A stretch of DNA of 64,000 nucleotides from Clostridia bacterium (GTDB taxonomy: Bacteria; Bacillota; Clostridia; UMGS1883). Position 1 is the stretch's first letter. Every line of letters begins with the position of its first letter. A program made the position numbers and the translations under genes. The stretch lies in the NCBI GenBank assembly GCA_051866635.1, contig JBJDXJ010000058.1, positions 1 through 64,000 of the forward strand, written 5' to 3'. A model generated the notes under the pieces. That model searched no databases and was not told where the DNA came from. It was given only the letters and a program-made list of their open reading frames with translations. This document shows positions 30,600 through 40,615 of this stretch, in pieces.

Positions 30600-31334
30600 T
30601 TAATAATCGGAGGAAACAATCACGGGGTTCTTAATATAGAAATCTGTTCCCCCACCATAAGAATTGCCATGAGTAATTTCAACAACTATTTCAATTTCAA
30701 GTTCATTTTCAATATTCACTTCAAATTTTACAGGAGTTGTAGTTCCCCTCATTATAGGCGATTTATATAATACTTTCCCATTAGTTCCATATATTTTTAA
30801 TACACCTTCAGGGCTATGATCGTTACTGATATAAAACTCACCCTTGATTGTTTTTGCTAAAGTATTCAAAGGATACGTTATTGAAGTTGAGTACATAAAT
30901 CTTTTGTCTCCAACTTCAATTCCTCTATTTGTTTCACCACAGATGTAAGTATCACCTTTTTCTTCACGAAAACGTACATTGTTTGGAGCTGAGCACTCTG
31001 TGTACGGCCTGTTCCAAAGGGGAAGTTCCTTTGCCGGCTTTTCCACTTCACCGCCTAAAAATACTGTATAGTTACCCTGATCCCATGTAACGTCTTTTTC
31101 AAAAGCCTCTGCCACGGCTCTTACAGGAAGGTATGTTGTGCCGTTATAAATAAATGGTTCAACAACATTTCCGTTAGCATCCTTAGGTTCAATCAAAACA
31201 CCGTCAACAACCAGCTTAACATTGTGGTAAACTGCTGTAATTGTTTCCGCTGTTTCCTTTGCCAATGTGGGCATTCCGCTAAGCATTGCTACCGCCAATG
31301 CACCTGCCGCAAAACCTTGCAATCTTTTGTTCAT
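30600..31334 (-). CDS. Secreted protein with copper-amine-oxidase-like N-terminal (stalk) domain and NPCBM-like C-terminus
   Basis: 'PKDANGNVVEPFIYNGTTYLPVRAVAEA..KDVTWD'; signal peptide. Confidence 0.85.
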   Translation of the reverse strand: MNKRLQGFAAGALAVAMLSGMPTLAKETAETITAVYHNVKLVVDGVLIEPKDANGNVVEPFIYNGTTYLPVRAVAEAFEKDVTWDQGNYTVFLGGEVEKPAKELPLWNRPYTECSAPNNVRFREEKGDTYICGETNRGIEVGDKRFMYSTSITYPLNTLAKTIKGEFYISNDHSPEGVLKIYGTNGKVLYKSPIMRGTTTPVKFEVNIENELEIEIVVEITHGNSYGGGTDFYIKNPVIVSSDY

Positions 31335-31506
31335 AAAAATCTTCCTTTCTCAATTGCATATTAAATATGTAATTTTTTAACTTATAGTTACAATATAGCA
31401 TATTTAATACGATGTTGTCAAGATATTTTCCATTATTTCATCATAAATAATATGTATATGACACATTAAATAATTAATATAATATATTTATTGGTGAGGT
31501 GTGTTT

Positions 31507-31845
31507 ATGGACGAAATTGATTTAAAAATAGAAAACGGGAAAAAATTTATCCGAGACAGAATAACACAGCTTAGGCTAAAGGCAGATATTTCAGAATATC
31601 AACTAAGTTATGAACTTGGACAAAACAGAGGGTATATACAGGCAATCTCTTCGGGAAAGTCTATGCCGTCAATGGCAGGTTTTTTGAACATCTGTGATTT
31701 TTTTAATATTACACCACTTGAATTTTTTGACACTTCCATTGAGGAACCACAGCTTATAAATGACATTATCATGCTTATAAAGCAAATGAAAGAAGAAGAT
31801 CTCCTTTTGTTAAAAGAAGTCCTTGCAAGAATATCTGACAAATAA
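31507..31845 (+). CDS. XRE-family HTH transcriptional regulator
   Basis: 'IRDRITQLR...SEYQLSYELGQNRGYIQAISSGKSMPSM..FLNIC'. Confidence 0.9.
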   Translation: MDEIDLKIENGKKFIRDRITQLRLKADISEYQLSYELGQNRGYIQAISSGKSMPSMAGFLNICDFFNITPLEFFDTSIEEPQLINDIIMLIKQMKEEDLLLLKEVLARISDK

Positions 31846-31847
31846 AA

Positions 31848-31980
31848 GAGGCTGTAAAAAAAGTCTCTAAAGAAATAAGTTAAGACCATTTGGGACAGTC
31901 CCCCTTATGGCAAATTGGGAGACAATTTGCCAAAGAAACCTTGCGAGGTTTTGTTGGGACAGTCCCGAAATGGTCTTTTT
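31848..31980 (+). mobile_element. MITE-like repeat, copy 3 (long variant, right end missing)
   Basis: Matches the other copies up to tggtcttttt, then diverges. Confidence 0.85.
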
Positions 31981-32118
31981 AATATAATCCAACATAGTAG
32001 TGAGATGTGTGTTATTTATTAAGAAATCGTTCAGATTGCTGTTTTGTGTGGTTGGAGCTGTGCTATCTGCACCGCCCAGCCGCACAAAATAGTGAGATGG
32101 GCGATTTATTAAGAATAA

Positions 32119-33603
32119 CTATCTTCTGTAAAGTCTCTTATATTCATATTTTGGTTCACAGCTTACGTTAATGCCAAGTCGCCTTAAAAGCATTTCGTCC
32201 TCGTCTGACAGTATTACGGAGAAGTGTGCATCACTGCCGCGAAGGTTATTAAGCTGCTCCGTCGCCTTTTTTGCCAATGGGTCTGTCTGTGCCGAAACGG
32301 TTAACGCCATAAGCACCTCGTCTGTGTGAAGGCGGGGGTTTTTATGCTTAAGATACTGTGTTTTTAAATCGCATATAGGCTTTAATATCCCCTCTGCAAT
32401 AAGTTCAACATTGTCATCAATACCGCCCAAGGCTTTAAGTGAATTTAACAAAAGTGCCGAAGCCGCACCTAAGGTAGAGCTTGTCTTTCCTGTAATAACC
32501 CTGCCGTCCGGAAGGACCATCGCCCCTGCCGGGCCGCTTGTTTCCCTCTCCTTCTGCATTGCCGCACTTATAGCAGGGCAAATACTTTCGGTAATTCCGC
32601 TTTGGTTCATAAGGACTTCAATTTTTCTTACCTGTGTTTCATCACCCATGCCTTTCAGTTTGTTTACCGAGGCAGTGTAATAACGCCTTAAGATTTCCAT
32701 TTTGGATGCCTCACGGCACACATCATCGTCTATAATGCAGTTACCTGCCATGTTTACGCCCATATCCGTAGGCGACTTATAGGGGCAATTCCCCTGAATT
32801 TTTTCAAAAATAGTGCTTAATACAGGGAAAATTTCTACATCACGGTTATAGTTAACGGCGGTTTTGCCGTATGCCTCCAAATGGAAGGGATCTATCATGT
32901 TTATATCGTTTAAATCTGCCGTTGCCGCTTCGTAAGCTAAGTTAACAGGGTGATTAAGGGGTATATTCCAAATTGGGAAAGTTTCAAATTTGGCATAGCC
33001 TGCCGTAACTCCACGCTTATGTTCATGATAAAGCTGGCTGAGGCACGTTGCCATTTTTCCGCTTCCGGGACCCGGTGCCGTAACAACAACCAAGGAACGC
33101 TCTGTTTCGATATATTCGTTCTTGCCCAATCCCTCCTCCGACACAATGTGTGGAATGTCATAGGGATAACCTTCGATGGGATAATGCTTATAACACTTGA
33201 TACCCAAATCATTAAGGTGCTTCAAAAACAAGTTTGCGGAATTCTGGTTTGTATAACGTGTAAGCACAACACTGCCCACAAAAAGACCAAGTTCACGGAA
33301 GGTATCAATAAGGCGTAAAACATCGTCGTCGTATGTAATGCCCAAATCACCGCGTATCTTGTTTGACTCAATATCAGCGGCATTTATGGAAATTACGATT
33401 TCAACATCATCTTTAAGCTGTTGAAGCATACGCATTTTGCTGTCAGGTTCAAAGCCGGGGAGTACACGTGATGCATGGAAGTCATCGAATAACTTACCGC
33501 CGAATTCAAGATACAGCTTACCGCCAAACTGAGCAATTCTTTTACGGATTTGCTCGGACTGTGTGGCAAGATATTTGTCATTATCAAAACCCTGTTTTTT
33601 CAC
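32119..33603 (-). CDS. DUF1846 (UPF0371) family protein
   Basis: 'KLYLEFGGKLFDDFHASRVLPGF', 'TAPGPGSGKMATCLSQLYHE'. Confidence 0.93.
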   Translation of the reverse strand: MKKQGFDNDKYLATQSEQIRKRIAQFGGKLYLEFGGKLFDDFHASRVLPGFEPDSKMRMLQQLKDDVEIVISINAADIESNKIRGDLGITYDDDVLRLIDTFRELGLFVGSVVLTRYTNQNSANLFLKHLNDLGIKCYKHYPIEGYPYDIPHIVSEEGLGKNEYIETERSLVVVTAPGPGSGKMATCLSQLYHEHKRGVTAGYAKFETFPIWNIPLNHPVNLAYEAATADLNDINMIDPFHLEAYGKTAVNYNRDVEIFPVLSTIFEKIQGNCPYKSPTDMGVNMAGNCIIDDDVCREASKMEILRRYYTASVNKLKGMGDETQVRKIEVLMNQSGITESICPAISAAMQKERETSGPAGAMVLPDGRVITGKTSSTLGAASALLLNSLKALGGIDDNVELIAEGILKPICDLKTQYLKHKNPRLHTDEVLMALTVSAQTDPLAKKATEQLNNLRGSDAHFSVILSDEDEMLLRRLGINVSCEPKYEYKRLYRR

Positions 33604-33785
33604 ATTTTACACTCCCCTAAAAAAACTTAACGGATACAGTATATCAAATTTTCGGTAAATATAAAAGTGTATTTTAAAAATTTTTCAAAAATTTTTTCAT
33701 ATAATTGTAAAAAGGCTTATTTCCTTGACTTTACATATTAAAAATGATACTATAACTTTGGATTTATTAATAAAGGAGAGAGAAA

Positions 33786-35162
33786 ATGGAAAGAGAACAT
33801 TTGAAAAGCCGTTTAGGCTTTATACTTATCAGTGCGGGATGTGCCATCGGTGTGGGAAATGTATGGAAATTTCCTTGGATGGTAGGACAGTACGGCGGAG
33901 GGATGTTTGTCCTTTTGTACCTGTGTTTTCTTCTGGCTATGGGTGTGCCTGCCCTTTGTATGGAGTTGGCAGTTGGCAGAGCGTCCCAAAAAAGCCCGGC
34001 TAAAATGTATGATGCTTTAGGCAAAGGCAATTCGCCTTGGAAAATTCACTCATGGACGGCGATACTGGGAAACGTAATGCTTATGATGTTTTATGTTCCC
34101 GTGGCATCATGGATGCTTCAGTATTTCATCGGAATGGCAAAGGGCGATTTTTCTTCACTTTCAGGTGATGCTATCGGTGCAAAATTCGGCTCCATGTTAG
34201 CCGATCCCGTAAATATGATTATTTCGGCTTCATTTGTTACAATCTTGTGCTTTCTGGTATGTTCGGCAGGCGTTCAGAAGGGGCTTGAAAAAGTAACAAA
34301 GGTTATGATGATAGCCCTTCTTGTTATTATGGTGGCGTTGGCTGTAAACTCTGCTTTTCTTCCGGGTGCCTCTGAAGGCTTGTCCTTCTACCTTATCCCC
34401 GATGTTGACACATTTTTTAAAGCAGGTCCCATAAATGTAATAGTTGCCGCTATGAATCAGGCTTTCTTCACTTTAAGCTTAGGCATAGGTGCAATGGCGA
34501 TTTTCGGAAGCTATATCGGCAAGGACCGTTCCCTTTTAGGTGAAAGTGTTAACATTGCCCTTCTTGACACATTTGTGGCGTTTACTTCGGGACTTATTAT
34601 TTTCCCTGCTTGCTTTGCCTACGGTATTGACCACACGGCAGAAGGTCCAAGACTTATTTTTATGACCCTTCCACAGGTGTTTGACAACATTCCCTACATA
34701 GGCAGACTTTGCGGAACTCTTTTCTTTTTGTTTATGACCTTTGCCGCCTTAAGTACAGTGCTTGCGGTATTTGAAAACATTATCGCATGTACTATGGACA
34801 TTTTTGGATGGGGCAGAAAGAAGGCATCTGTAATCGACTGTATTGCAATCTTAATTCTTATTCTCCCCTGTATATTCGGTTACAATATCTGGTCCTCTTT
34901 TATGCCCTTTGGTGCAAATTCCGCTGTTTTAGACCTTGAAGATTTTATCGTTTCAAACATTCTTCTGCCTACAGGTGCAATTGTATTTATACTGTTCTGC
35001 ACCTTAAAGTGCGGCTGGGGATGGAAGAACTTCACCAAAGAAGCAAACGAAGGAAAAGGCTTAAAAGTAAAGCCATGGATGCGTTTGTATATGACCTTTG
35101 TCCTTCCTTGTATGATTATCATTATTTTTGTATTGGGTCTTATAAGTAAATTTGGTGCATAA
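33786..35162 (+). CDS. Sodium-dependent transporter (NSS/SNF family)
   Basis: 'SRLGFILISAGCAIGVGNVWKFP', 'QAFFTLSLG'. Confidence 0.95.
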   Translation: MEREHLKSRLGFILISAGCAIGVGNVWKFPWMVGQYGGGMFVLLYLCFLLAMGVPALCMELAVGRASQKSPAKMYDALGKGNSPWKIHSWTAILGNVMLMMFYVPVASWMLQYFIGMAKGDFSSLSGDAIGAKFGSMLADPVNMIISASFVTILCFLVCSAGVQKGLEKVTKVMMIALLVIMVALAVNSAFLPGASEGLSFYLIPDVDTFFKAGPINVIVAAMNQAFFTLSLGIGAMAIFGSYIGKDRSLLGESVNIALLDTFVAFTSGLIIFPACFAYGIDHTAEGPRLIFMTLPQVFDNIPYIGRLCGTLFFLFMTFAALSTVLAVFENIIACTMDIFGWGRKKASVIDCIAILILILPCIFGYNIWSSFMPFGANSAVLDLEDFIVSNILLPTGAIVFILFCTLKCGWGWKNFTKEANEGKGLKVKPWMRLYMTFVLPCMIIIIFVLGLISKFGA

Positions 35163-35175
35163 TTTTTAAAAAATG

Positions 35176-35313
35176 GGCTGTAAAAAGTCAACACTGAGAT
35201 AACAAAAAGACCATTTCGGGACAGTCCCCCTTATGGCAAATTGTCTCCCAATTTGCCATAAGGGGGACTGTCCCAAATGGTCTTAACTTATTCCTTCAGA
35301 GACTTTTTATAGC
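35176..35313 (-). mobile_element. MITE-like repeat, copy 4 (short variant, reverse orientation)
   Basis: Reverse complement of copy 2; internal palindrome gggacagtcccccttatggcaaattg-tctcc-caatttgccataagggggactgtccc. Confidence 0.85.
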
Positions 35314-35337
35314 TTCTTTTTTTTGTGTGAAATATTC

Positions 35338-38300
35338 TTATCTCTTTTGGGCAGGCACCGTAAGCTTAAAAGTTACTCCACCATCTTCGTTATAAACTAC
35401 ATCTTCAATATTTGCTTTGACTGTGCTATTGTTATTATTAACTCTTACAAATTCATCCCAATAGCTCATTATGCGGACAGAATTGTTAAATTCTTCTGTG
35501 ATGGGTGTAATTGTTACCACATAGCTTCCGTCATTGTTGTCAACACTTGACACGTTAAAGAATACATCACCTGTATATGCACCGTTTCCTTCTGTACGTG
35601 GGCTAAATGTGCCGTCGGACTTTAAGGTAAGTCGTATTCCTACCATGTTTACATATGCGTTCAACACATTATAAAGTGCATCGTTACCTTTTAAGGAGTA
35701 ATCCTTTACCTTTTCCATGTCGCTACCCGTCTTCATAAGACCTACCGCAACATGGTAAATACTTCTTGTTACACTTTGTGTACTGTAGATTGTTTTTTCT
35801 GTACCGTCTTCATACCTTACAGTAACGTAAGGCACAGCGGTATAATTACGGTTATAGTTATTCACTGCAATATCTGTTATTGCTACAGAGAAGGTTTCAT
35901 CATCCTGCCATGTGTCTGCTTTCGCTATTGCTTCCTTCAAGCTACCTTCGGCAGTGATTTTCATGCCGTAACCTATAACTTCACCGTTGCCTACACTACT
36001 GCGGTCAACAGTTGCAACAAACCTTAATCCGTTTCCGGAGTTTATCTTTCCCTTTTCATCAACACCGCCACCGTAGCGTACCTGTGCACCGCCTACCATT
36101 GTCACATTAATATTGGCAGTTTCTATCACTTCTCCGCCTGTAACTGTTTGTAAGCCTGCATCAACGAATTTTGTTGTACCTTTCTCATCTGTTATATAAT
36201 AACCAAGCACATTTTCAGGAAGGTAATATTCGCCCTTACCTGTATCTATACCTAAAACTATTTCGCCTTCAACCTCAATCTCTTTGCCGTCAACAATAAC
36301 TGTTACAGTCTTTGTATCTTTCGTTTCATATTCATTCACAATAACATCGGAAAATTCCGTTACACTGAAATGTGCCCAGTTTCCATTTTCAGAACATTCA
36401 AGATAAAAGGCTTGTGCTTCTCCACATTCAACCTTTTCGTGTCCGTCTTGGTAAAAATATTCCCTTGTTCCATCTTGCTTTATGTGGATAATTTCCTCCG
36501 GGTACAGGCTGCCCACATAAAGTGAAACGCTCATAAGTTTTTCTTTGTTAAAGGCTGAATCTGAGATATCTACAGTTTCTGCATTTACACCGTCACTTAC
36601 CGTCATTTTAGGTGTAAGTGAAAATGTTATTGAAGTTCCTTCGCTTTCTTTGCCGCCTTCGGTATAATCCGTTACAGAAATGTTTACATCAACATCCATT
36701 TTCACAATGTTCTGAGTGCTCCAATCCTCCACATAGCCTGTGAGTACTTCGTCTATGGATTCCACTGTAAGTGCCTCGGACATACCTGAAACATTTGAAA
36801 CACTTGCGGCATTTTCGCTGTAGATTTCAGCGTTAAAATTAGTAAAATCAACAGTTGAAGCCTTATCATTTATTGTATAGCTGACTTCGCCCTCCTCTGT
36901 TACTGTTTTACCTGTCTGGGTCATGCGGTAAAGACAAACTTTACTTTCTCCGATATCGCATCCGGCATATGCTCCGCCATCCCCGCTGTAGTAAGCTTCT
37001 TCCAATATGGAGAAACCGCTTGTTCCGTCTATATTGTACATACGTAAATATCCGTTATCTGTATCAACCCAGCTTTCAGAGTAAACAGAAACAATACTTG
37101 CACTCTTATCCTCGTTTAATCCCAAACGGTAGCCGTACTTTGCATAGGCATCACCCATGAAGAATACGCCTTCTTGGTCTGCCAAAGAGGATACTTTGCC
37201 ATCAAGGGTGCCCTGAAGTGAATAACGGAAATCACCATTGTCAAGATCACTGCACTCTGCGGCAAATTCTGCTGTGAACATAAATGCACCGTTATCGTCT
37301 GCATTTTTGTACTTAACGGTTCCGTCCTCCTGTATTGCAATCTCTACCGCAGGAAGAAGTGTAGTATCTCTCTTTCCGCCCTTTTCATCTTCACTTGGCA
37401 CAGGGGATGCGGCAAAATATCTGCCGCCACGTTCTGACACAATAATATACTTATTGCCAGTAACTATCTCATCTTCACTTTCTACTTTAGTAAATATGGG
37501 CATAGCCTTGTTACAGTAATCACAGATGTCGTCTCCGTTATCATCCTTTGCACCCAATGCAAGGATTATAAGGTCGTCTTTGTTGTACACTTCACTAAGA
37601 CCTGTTTCGTCCAAATAGCATAAATCACACACATTACAGTACCAGTATTCCTTCATGCCATTTTTGATACATGTAGGTGCAACATAGTCATAATGGACAA
37701 GTCCTGTTTTGTGGTTGCATTTTTCCTCGTATCTATATGCTTTTATGTGATTATCGTCCATAGTACAGCTTGTGGCAAAGTAGGGTTCACCATCGCCTGT
37801 TACAAGGCAGATATACGCCCCGCCCAATGTGTCATCATACATATAACCATACTCATATCGCCAATAAGTTGCACTGTCCTTTATACTTGTAACACTAAGC
37901 GTGCCTTCTGTATTTTTCAGATAATTCTCACCGATTTTTATATATTGCGGTGTGTAATTCCAGCCGTCACTGCCTTTTATGGGCGTACCGTATTCAATTG
38001 CCAAAAATGTGGCTTGATCATCTGATGCATAATAAACATTTTCCATGGGGCTTGCAACTTCCACAGCACTCATACCATTTCCGTTAGGTTCGCCCATGGC
38101 GTAAAACTTTCCGTCATATTCCGAAACGAAAATATGTCTGTAGCCGTCCCCTGTATTGCTGTATCCAAAGTATGCATCTTCAATGGCTTTGTTGCAATAG
38201 ATACATTTTCCGTCTGTGTAGCTGTGGCTTACGGTAGGAAGGAAAACATCCGATGGCTGAATTTCTGTCACAGTGTCACTTTCAAAATATCCACTGCACA

Positions 38301-39255
38301 CATTGCAAAGGTAATATTCCCTGTTTCCCGTTTCGGTACAGGTAGGTGCCTTTTGTGCAACATAAGTAAGATTATGTTCCGCAAGGGGAAGCGTTGTGTC
38401 CTCAAGTTTAATTTTTGTGGTTTTATCGCTCTTTAAGTAGCTTCCGCAGTTTGAACAAAAATAATATTCAATATTTCCTTTTTCTGTACAACTGCTGTTT
38501 TTCGGGGCAGTATATGTGAGGTACTCATCACCATGTTCACATACTTCCCTATATAAATAAGTTTTCACGGGCAAATTGTCTTCTGTCAAATCGGAATATG
38601 TCAGACTTTCATCTTCGGGCAAATCGATAAAGGAATCATTTATCATACCCCCTGAAAATACAGGTAAGCCACCGTTATTTGCCTGATGGTGTATTCTTAT
38701 ATAGCCTGATGTTTCTTTCACAGTTCCCACATTTCTGCTTGTTTTAAAAAGAACTGTTCCGTCTTCTCTGAAAATAATCTGCCATCTTGAAATGTGGTTT
38801 GCCAAAATATTTACAAGGGGAAGGCTCTTTGAACTGAACGCATCATATCCGTATGTTGTTCCTCCGGAGCAATATACCCCGTTTACATACATACTGTCGT
38901 CCGTCACAAATTTATACCCCCCATCACTCACTAACTTGAAGGTGAGAGGCGTATTTTCACTGTTTGAAACGCTTAGTGTTCCGTCTTCATTTTCAGTAAG
39001 TGCCATGGCACAGCGGTAACCTGACAAAAGCTCTACCGAAGTGTATTCATAATCCGCCATTGTATAGTAAACTGCTTCGTCCTTTTCATAACCGCCGGGG
39101 CAACCTACAATGATGTAATTTGAATATCCCGAAAGCTCATCTGTGCTTGTTACGCGTTCAAACCGCACTTTAGTGCTATAGGCAAATACCGGCATGCACG
39201 GCATAAGCGAAAGGATCATCACAAAAGCTATACATACGCAAAGAAGTTTTTTCAT
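35338..39255 (-). CDS. Large secreted modular protein (1305 aa) with Cys-rich 'PTC..G..EY..C..C' repeats
   Basis: Signal peptide; repeated 'F.(R/K)V.S.DE....YIIV' domains; C-terminal 'GAQVR...GLRF...YG' domain. Confidence 0.85.
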   Translation of the reverse strand: MKKLLCVCIAFVMILSLMPCMPVFAYSTKVRFERVTSTDELSGYSNYIIVGCPGGYEKDEAVYYTMADYEYTSVELLSGYRCAMALTENEDGTLSVSNSENTPLTFKLVSDGGYKFVTDDSMYVNGVYCSGGTTYGYDAFSSKSLPLVNILANHISRWQIIFREDGTVLFKTSRNVGTVKETSGYIRIHHQANNGGLPVFSGGMINDSFIDLPEDESLTYSDLTEDNLPVKTYLYREVCEHGDEYLTYTAPKNSSCTEKGNIEYYFCSNCGSYLKSDKTTKIKLEDTTLPLAEHNLTYVAQKAPTCTETGNREYYLCNVCSGYFESDTVTEIQPSDVFLPTVSHSYTDGKCIYCNKAIEDAYFGYSNTGDGYRHIFVSEYDGKFYAMGEPNGNGMSAVEVASPMENVYYASDDQATFLAIEYGTPIKGSDGWNYTPQYIKIGENYLKNTEGTLSVTSIKDSATYWRYEYGYMYDDTLGGAYICLVTGDGEPYFATSCTMDDNHIKAYRYEEKCNHKTGLVHYDYVAPTCIKNGMKEYWYCNVCDLCYLDETGLSEVYNKDDLIILALGAKDDNGDDICDYCNKAMPIFTKVESEDEIVTGNKYIIVSERGGRYFAASPVPSEDEKGGKRDTTLLPAVEIAIQEDGTVKYKNADDNGAFMFTAEFAAECSDLDNGDFRYSLQGTLDGKVSSLADQEGVFFMGDAYAKYGYRLGLNEDKSASIVSVYSESWVDTDNGYLRMYNIDGTSGFSILEEAYYSGDGGAYAGCDIGESKVCLYRMTQTGKTVTEEGEVSYTINDKASTVDFTNFNAEIYSENAASVSNVSGMSEALTVESIDEVLTGYVEDWSTQNIVKMDVDVNISVTDYTEGGKESEGTSITFSLTPKMTVSDGVNAETVDISDSAFNKEKLMSVSLYVGSLYPEEIIHIKQDGTREYFYQDGHEKVECGEAQAFYLECSENGNWAHFSVTEFSDVIVNEYETKDTKTVTVIVDGKEIEVEGEIVLGIDTGKGEYYLPENVLGYYITDEKGTTKFVDAGLQTVTGGEVIETANINVTMVGGAQVRYGGGVDEKGKINSGNGLRFVATVDRSSVGNGEVIGYGMKITAEGSLKEAIAKADTWQDDETFSVAITDIAVNNYNRNYTAVPYVTVRYEDGTEKTIYSTQSVTRSIYHVAVGLMKTGSDMEKVKDYSLKGNDALYNVLNAYVNMVGIRLTLKSDGTFSPRTEGNGAYTGDVFFNVSSVDNNDGSYVVTITPITEEFNNSVRIMSYWDEFVRVNNNNSTVKANIEDVVYNEDGGVTFKLTVPAQKR

Positions 39256-39481
39256 TTTTCTTTTCCCCCTTAATTTTTAATTGTCGTTGACTGAGATAAT
39301 CTTACATGATACAATTATCTACGAGATAACTTCTTCTCTACTTTATAATAAGCTAAATTTATCCTTTTGTCCCCCTCCCAAATGAAAAAACAAGGATGGG
39401 AAAGCATGTTTTTTATAAAAAAAGGATGGGAAAAAGTATGGGAAGTTTAAATAGTGATTTATGCAGAATGGAGATTATTAT

Positions 39482-40552
39482 ATGAAAAACCTGCGTATGG
39501 GATATATACCTATTATTGTTTTACTTTTTTCTTTAACCGCTTGCGGTCCTGTGGGGGACAAAGCTACAAGTCTTTCCATGATTTATTTGTCAACGGCAAT
39601 CATTTCTGTATTACTGCTGTCATGTTACATATGCCTTGTGAAAAAAAAGGAAGCTATGTTCATCCTTCTTTTTTCGTTGGTTTCAGTTATAAATATAGGG
39701 TATTTTGCCCTTTCAGTATCTAAAACCTTAAACGGAGCATTAATTGCCAACAGGATTGCATATTTCGGTTCTGTTTTTCTGCCCGTTTCCATGATTATAA
39801 TTATATCAAATGTTTGCAAGATGAACTTTAAAAAACATGTTTATGCCATAATGTTTGCATTTAGCACGGTGATTTTCTTAATCGCCGCAAGTCCGGGCTT
39901 TCTTGACATTTATTATAAAGAGGTAAGCATTGAATTTGTAAATGGGGTTACCATGTTGACTAAAGTTTACGGACCGCTTCATTTCGTGTATCTTATTTAT
40001 CTCTTTGTATGCTTCTGCTTTATGATTGGTATAATAACTTATGCTTCAGTAAAAAAACTCATTACCTCAAACAAGCACGCCGCCGTTCTTCTGGTAGCCG
40101 TACTTGTAAATATAGGTGTTTGGCTTTTTGAACAGCTTGTTGATTTGGATTTTGAATTTCTTTCTATTTCGTACATTACTACAGAGCTGTTCCTTATAAG
40201 TTTGTATCTTATAATTCAGGACTACGGGATGCTTTCACAATCTCCCATAGCCTCTCCTGATTTCCAAGGTGAAAAAATTCAAAAGGAAGCTGAAAGCTTG
40301 GTTGAAAACAATCTATTCTATGAAAAGTGTTCCTACATTCTTGACAATCTTTCATCATTAACGCCTACTGAGCGAAAAATTTATGATTATTACTGTATGG
40401 GAAAAACAACAAAGGAAGTTATGGAAATCTTAAGCATTAAGGAAACCACCTTAAAATATCACAACAGAAATATTTACGGCAAATTGGGCGTATCCTCACG
40501 AAAGCAATTAATGCAATACGTAAATATAATGAGAAAACAGAATAAGGGTTAA
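39482..40552 (+). CDS. Membrane-bound one-component regulator: 7TM (HisKA_7TM-like) sensor fused to LuxR HTH
   Basis: Multiple TM helices with 'YGPL'; C-terminal 'LTPTERKI...GKTTKEV...TLKYHNRNIYGKLGVSSR'. Confidence 0.88.
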   Translation: MKNLRMGYIPIIVLLFSLTACGPVGDKATSLSMIYLSTAIISVLLLSCYICLVKKKEAMFILLFSLVSVINIGYFALSVSKTLNGALIANRIAYFGSVFLPVSMIIIISNVCKMNFKKHVYAIMFAFSTVIFLIAASPGFLDIYYKEVSIEFVNGVTMLTKVYGPLHFVYLIYLFVCFCFMIGIITYASVKKLITSNKHAAVLLVAVLVNIGVWLFEQLVDLDFEFLSISYITTELFLISLYLIIQDYGMLSQSPIASPDFQGEKIQKEAESLVENNLFYEKCSYILDNLSSLTPTERKIYDYYCMGKTTKEVMEILSIKETTLKYHNRNIYGKLGVSSRKQLMQYVNIMRKQNKG

Positions 40553-40555
40553 AAC

Positions 40556-40600
40556 AAAAACGTGCAACGATAAATCTTTTATTTATCGTTGCACGTTTTT
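40556..40600. terminator. Bidirectional terminator
   Basis: aaaaacgtgcaacgataaa...tttatcgttgcacgttttt. Confidence 0.85.
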
Positions 40601-40615
40601 CTGTTTTAAGTTTTG

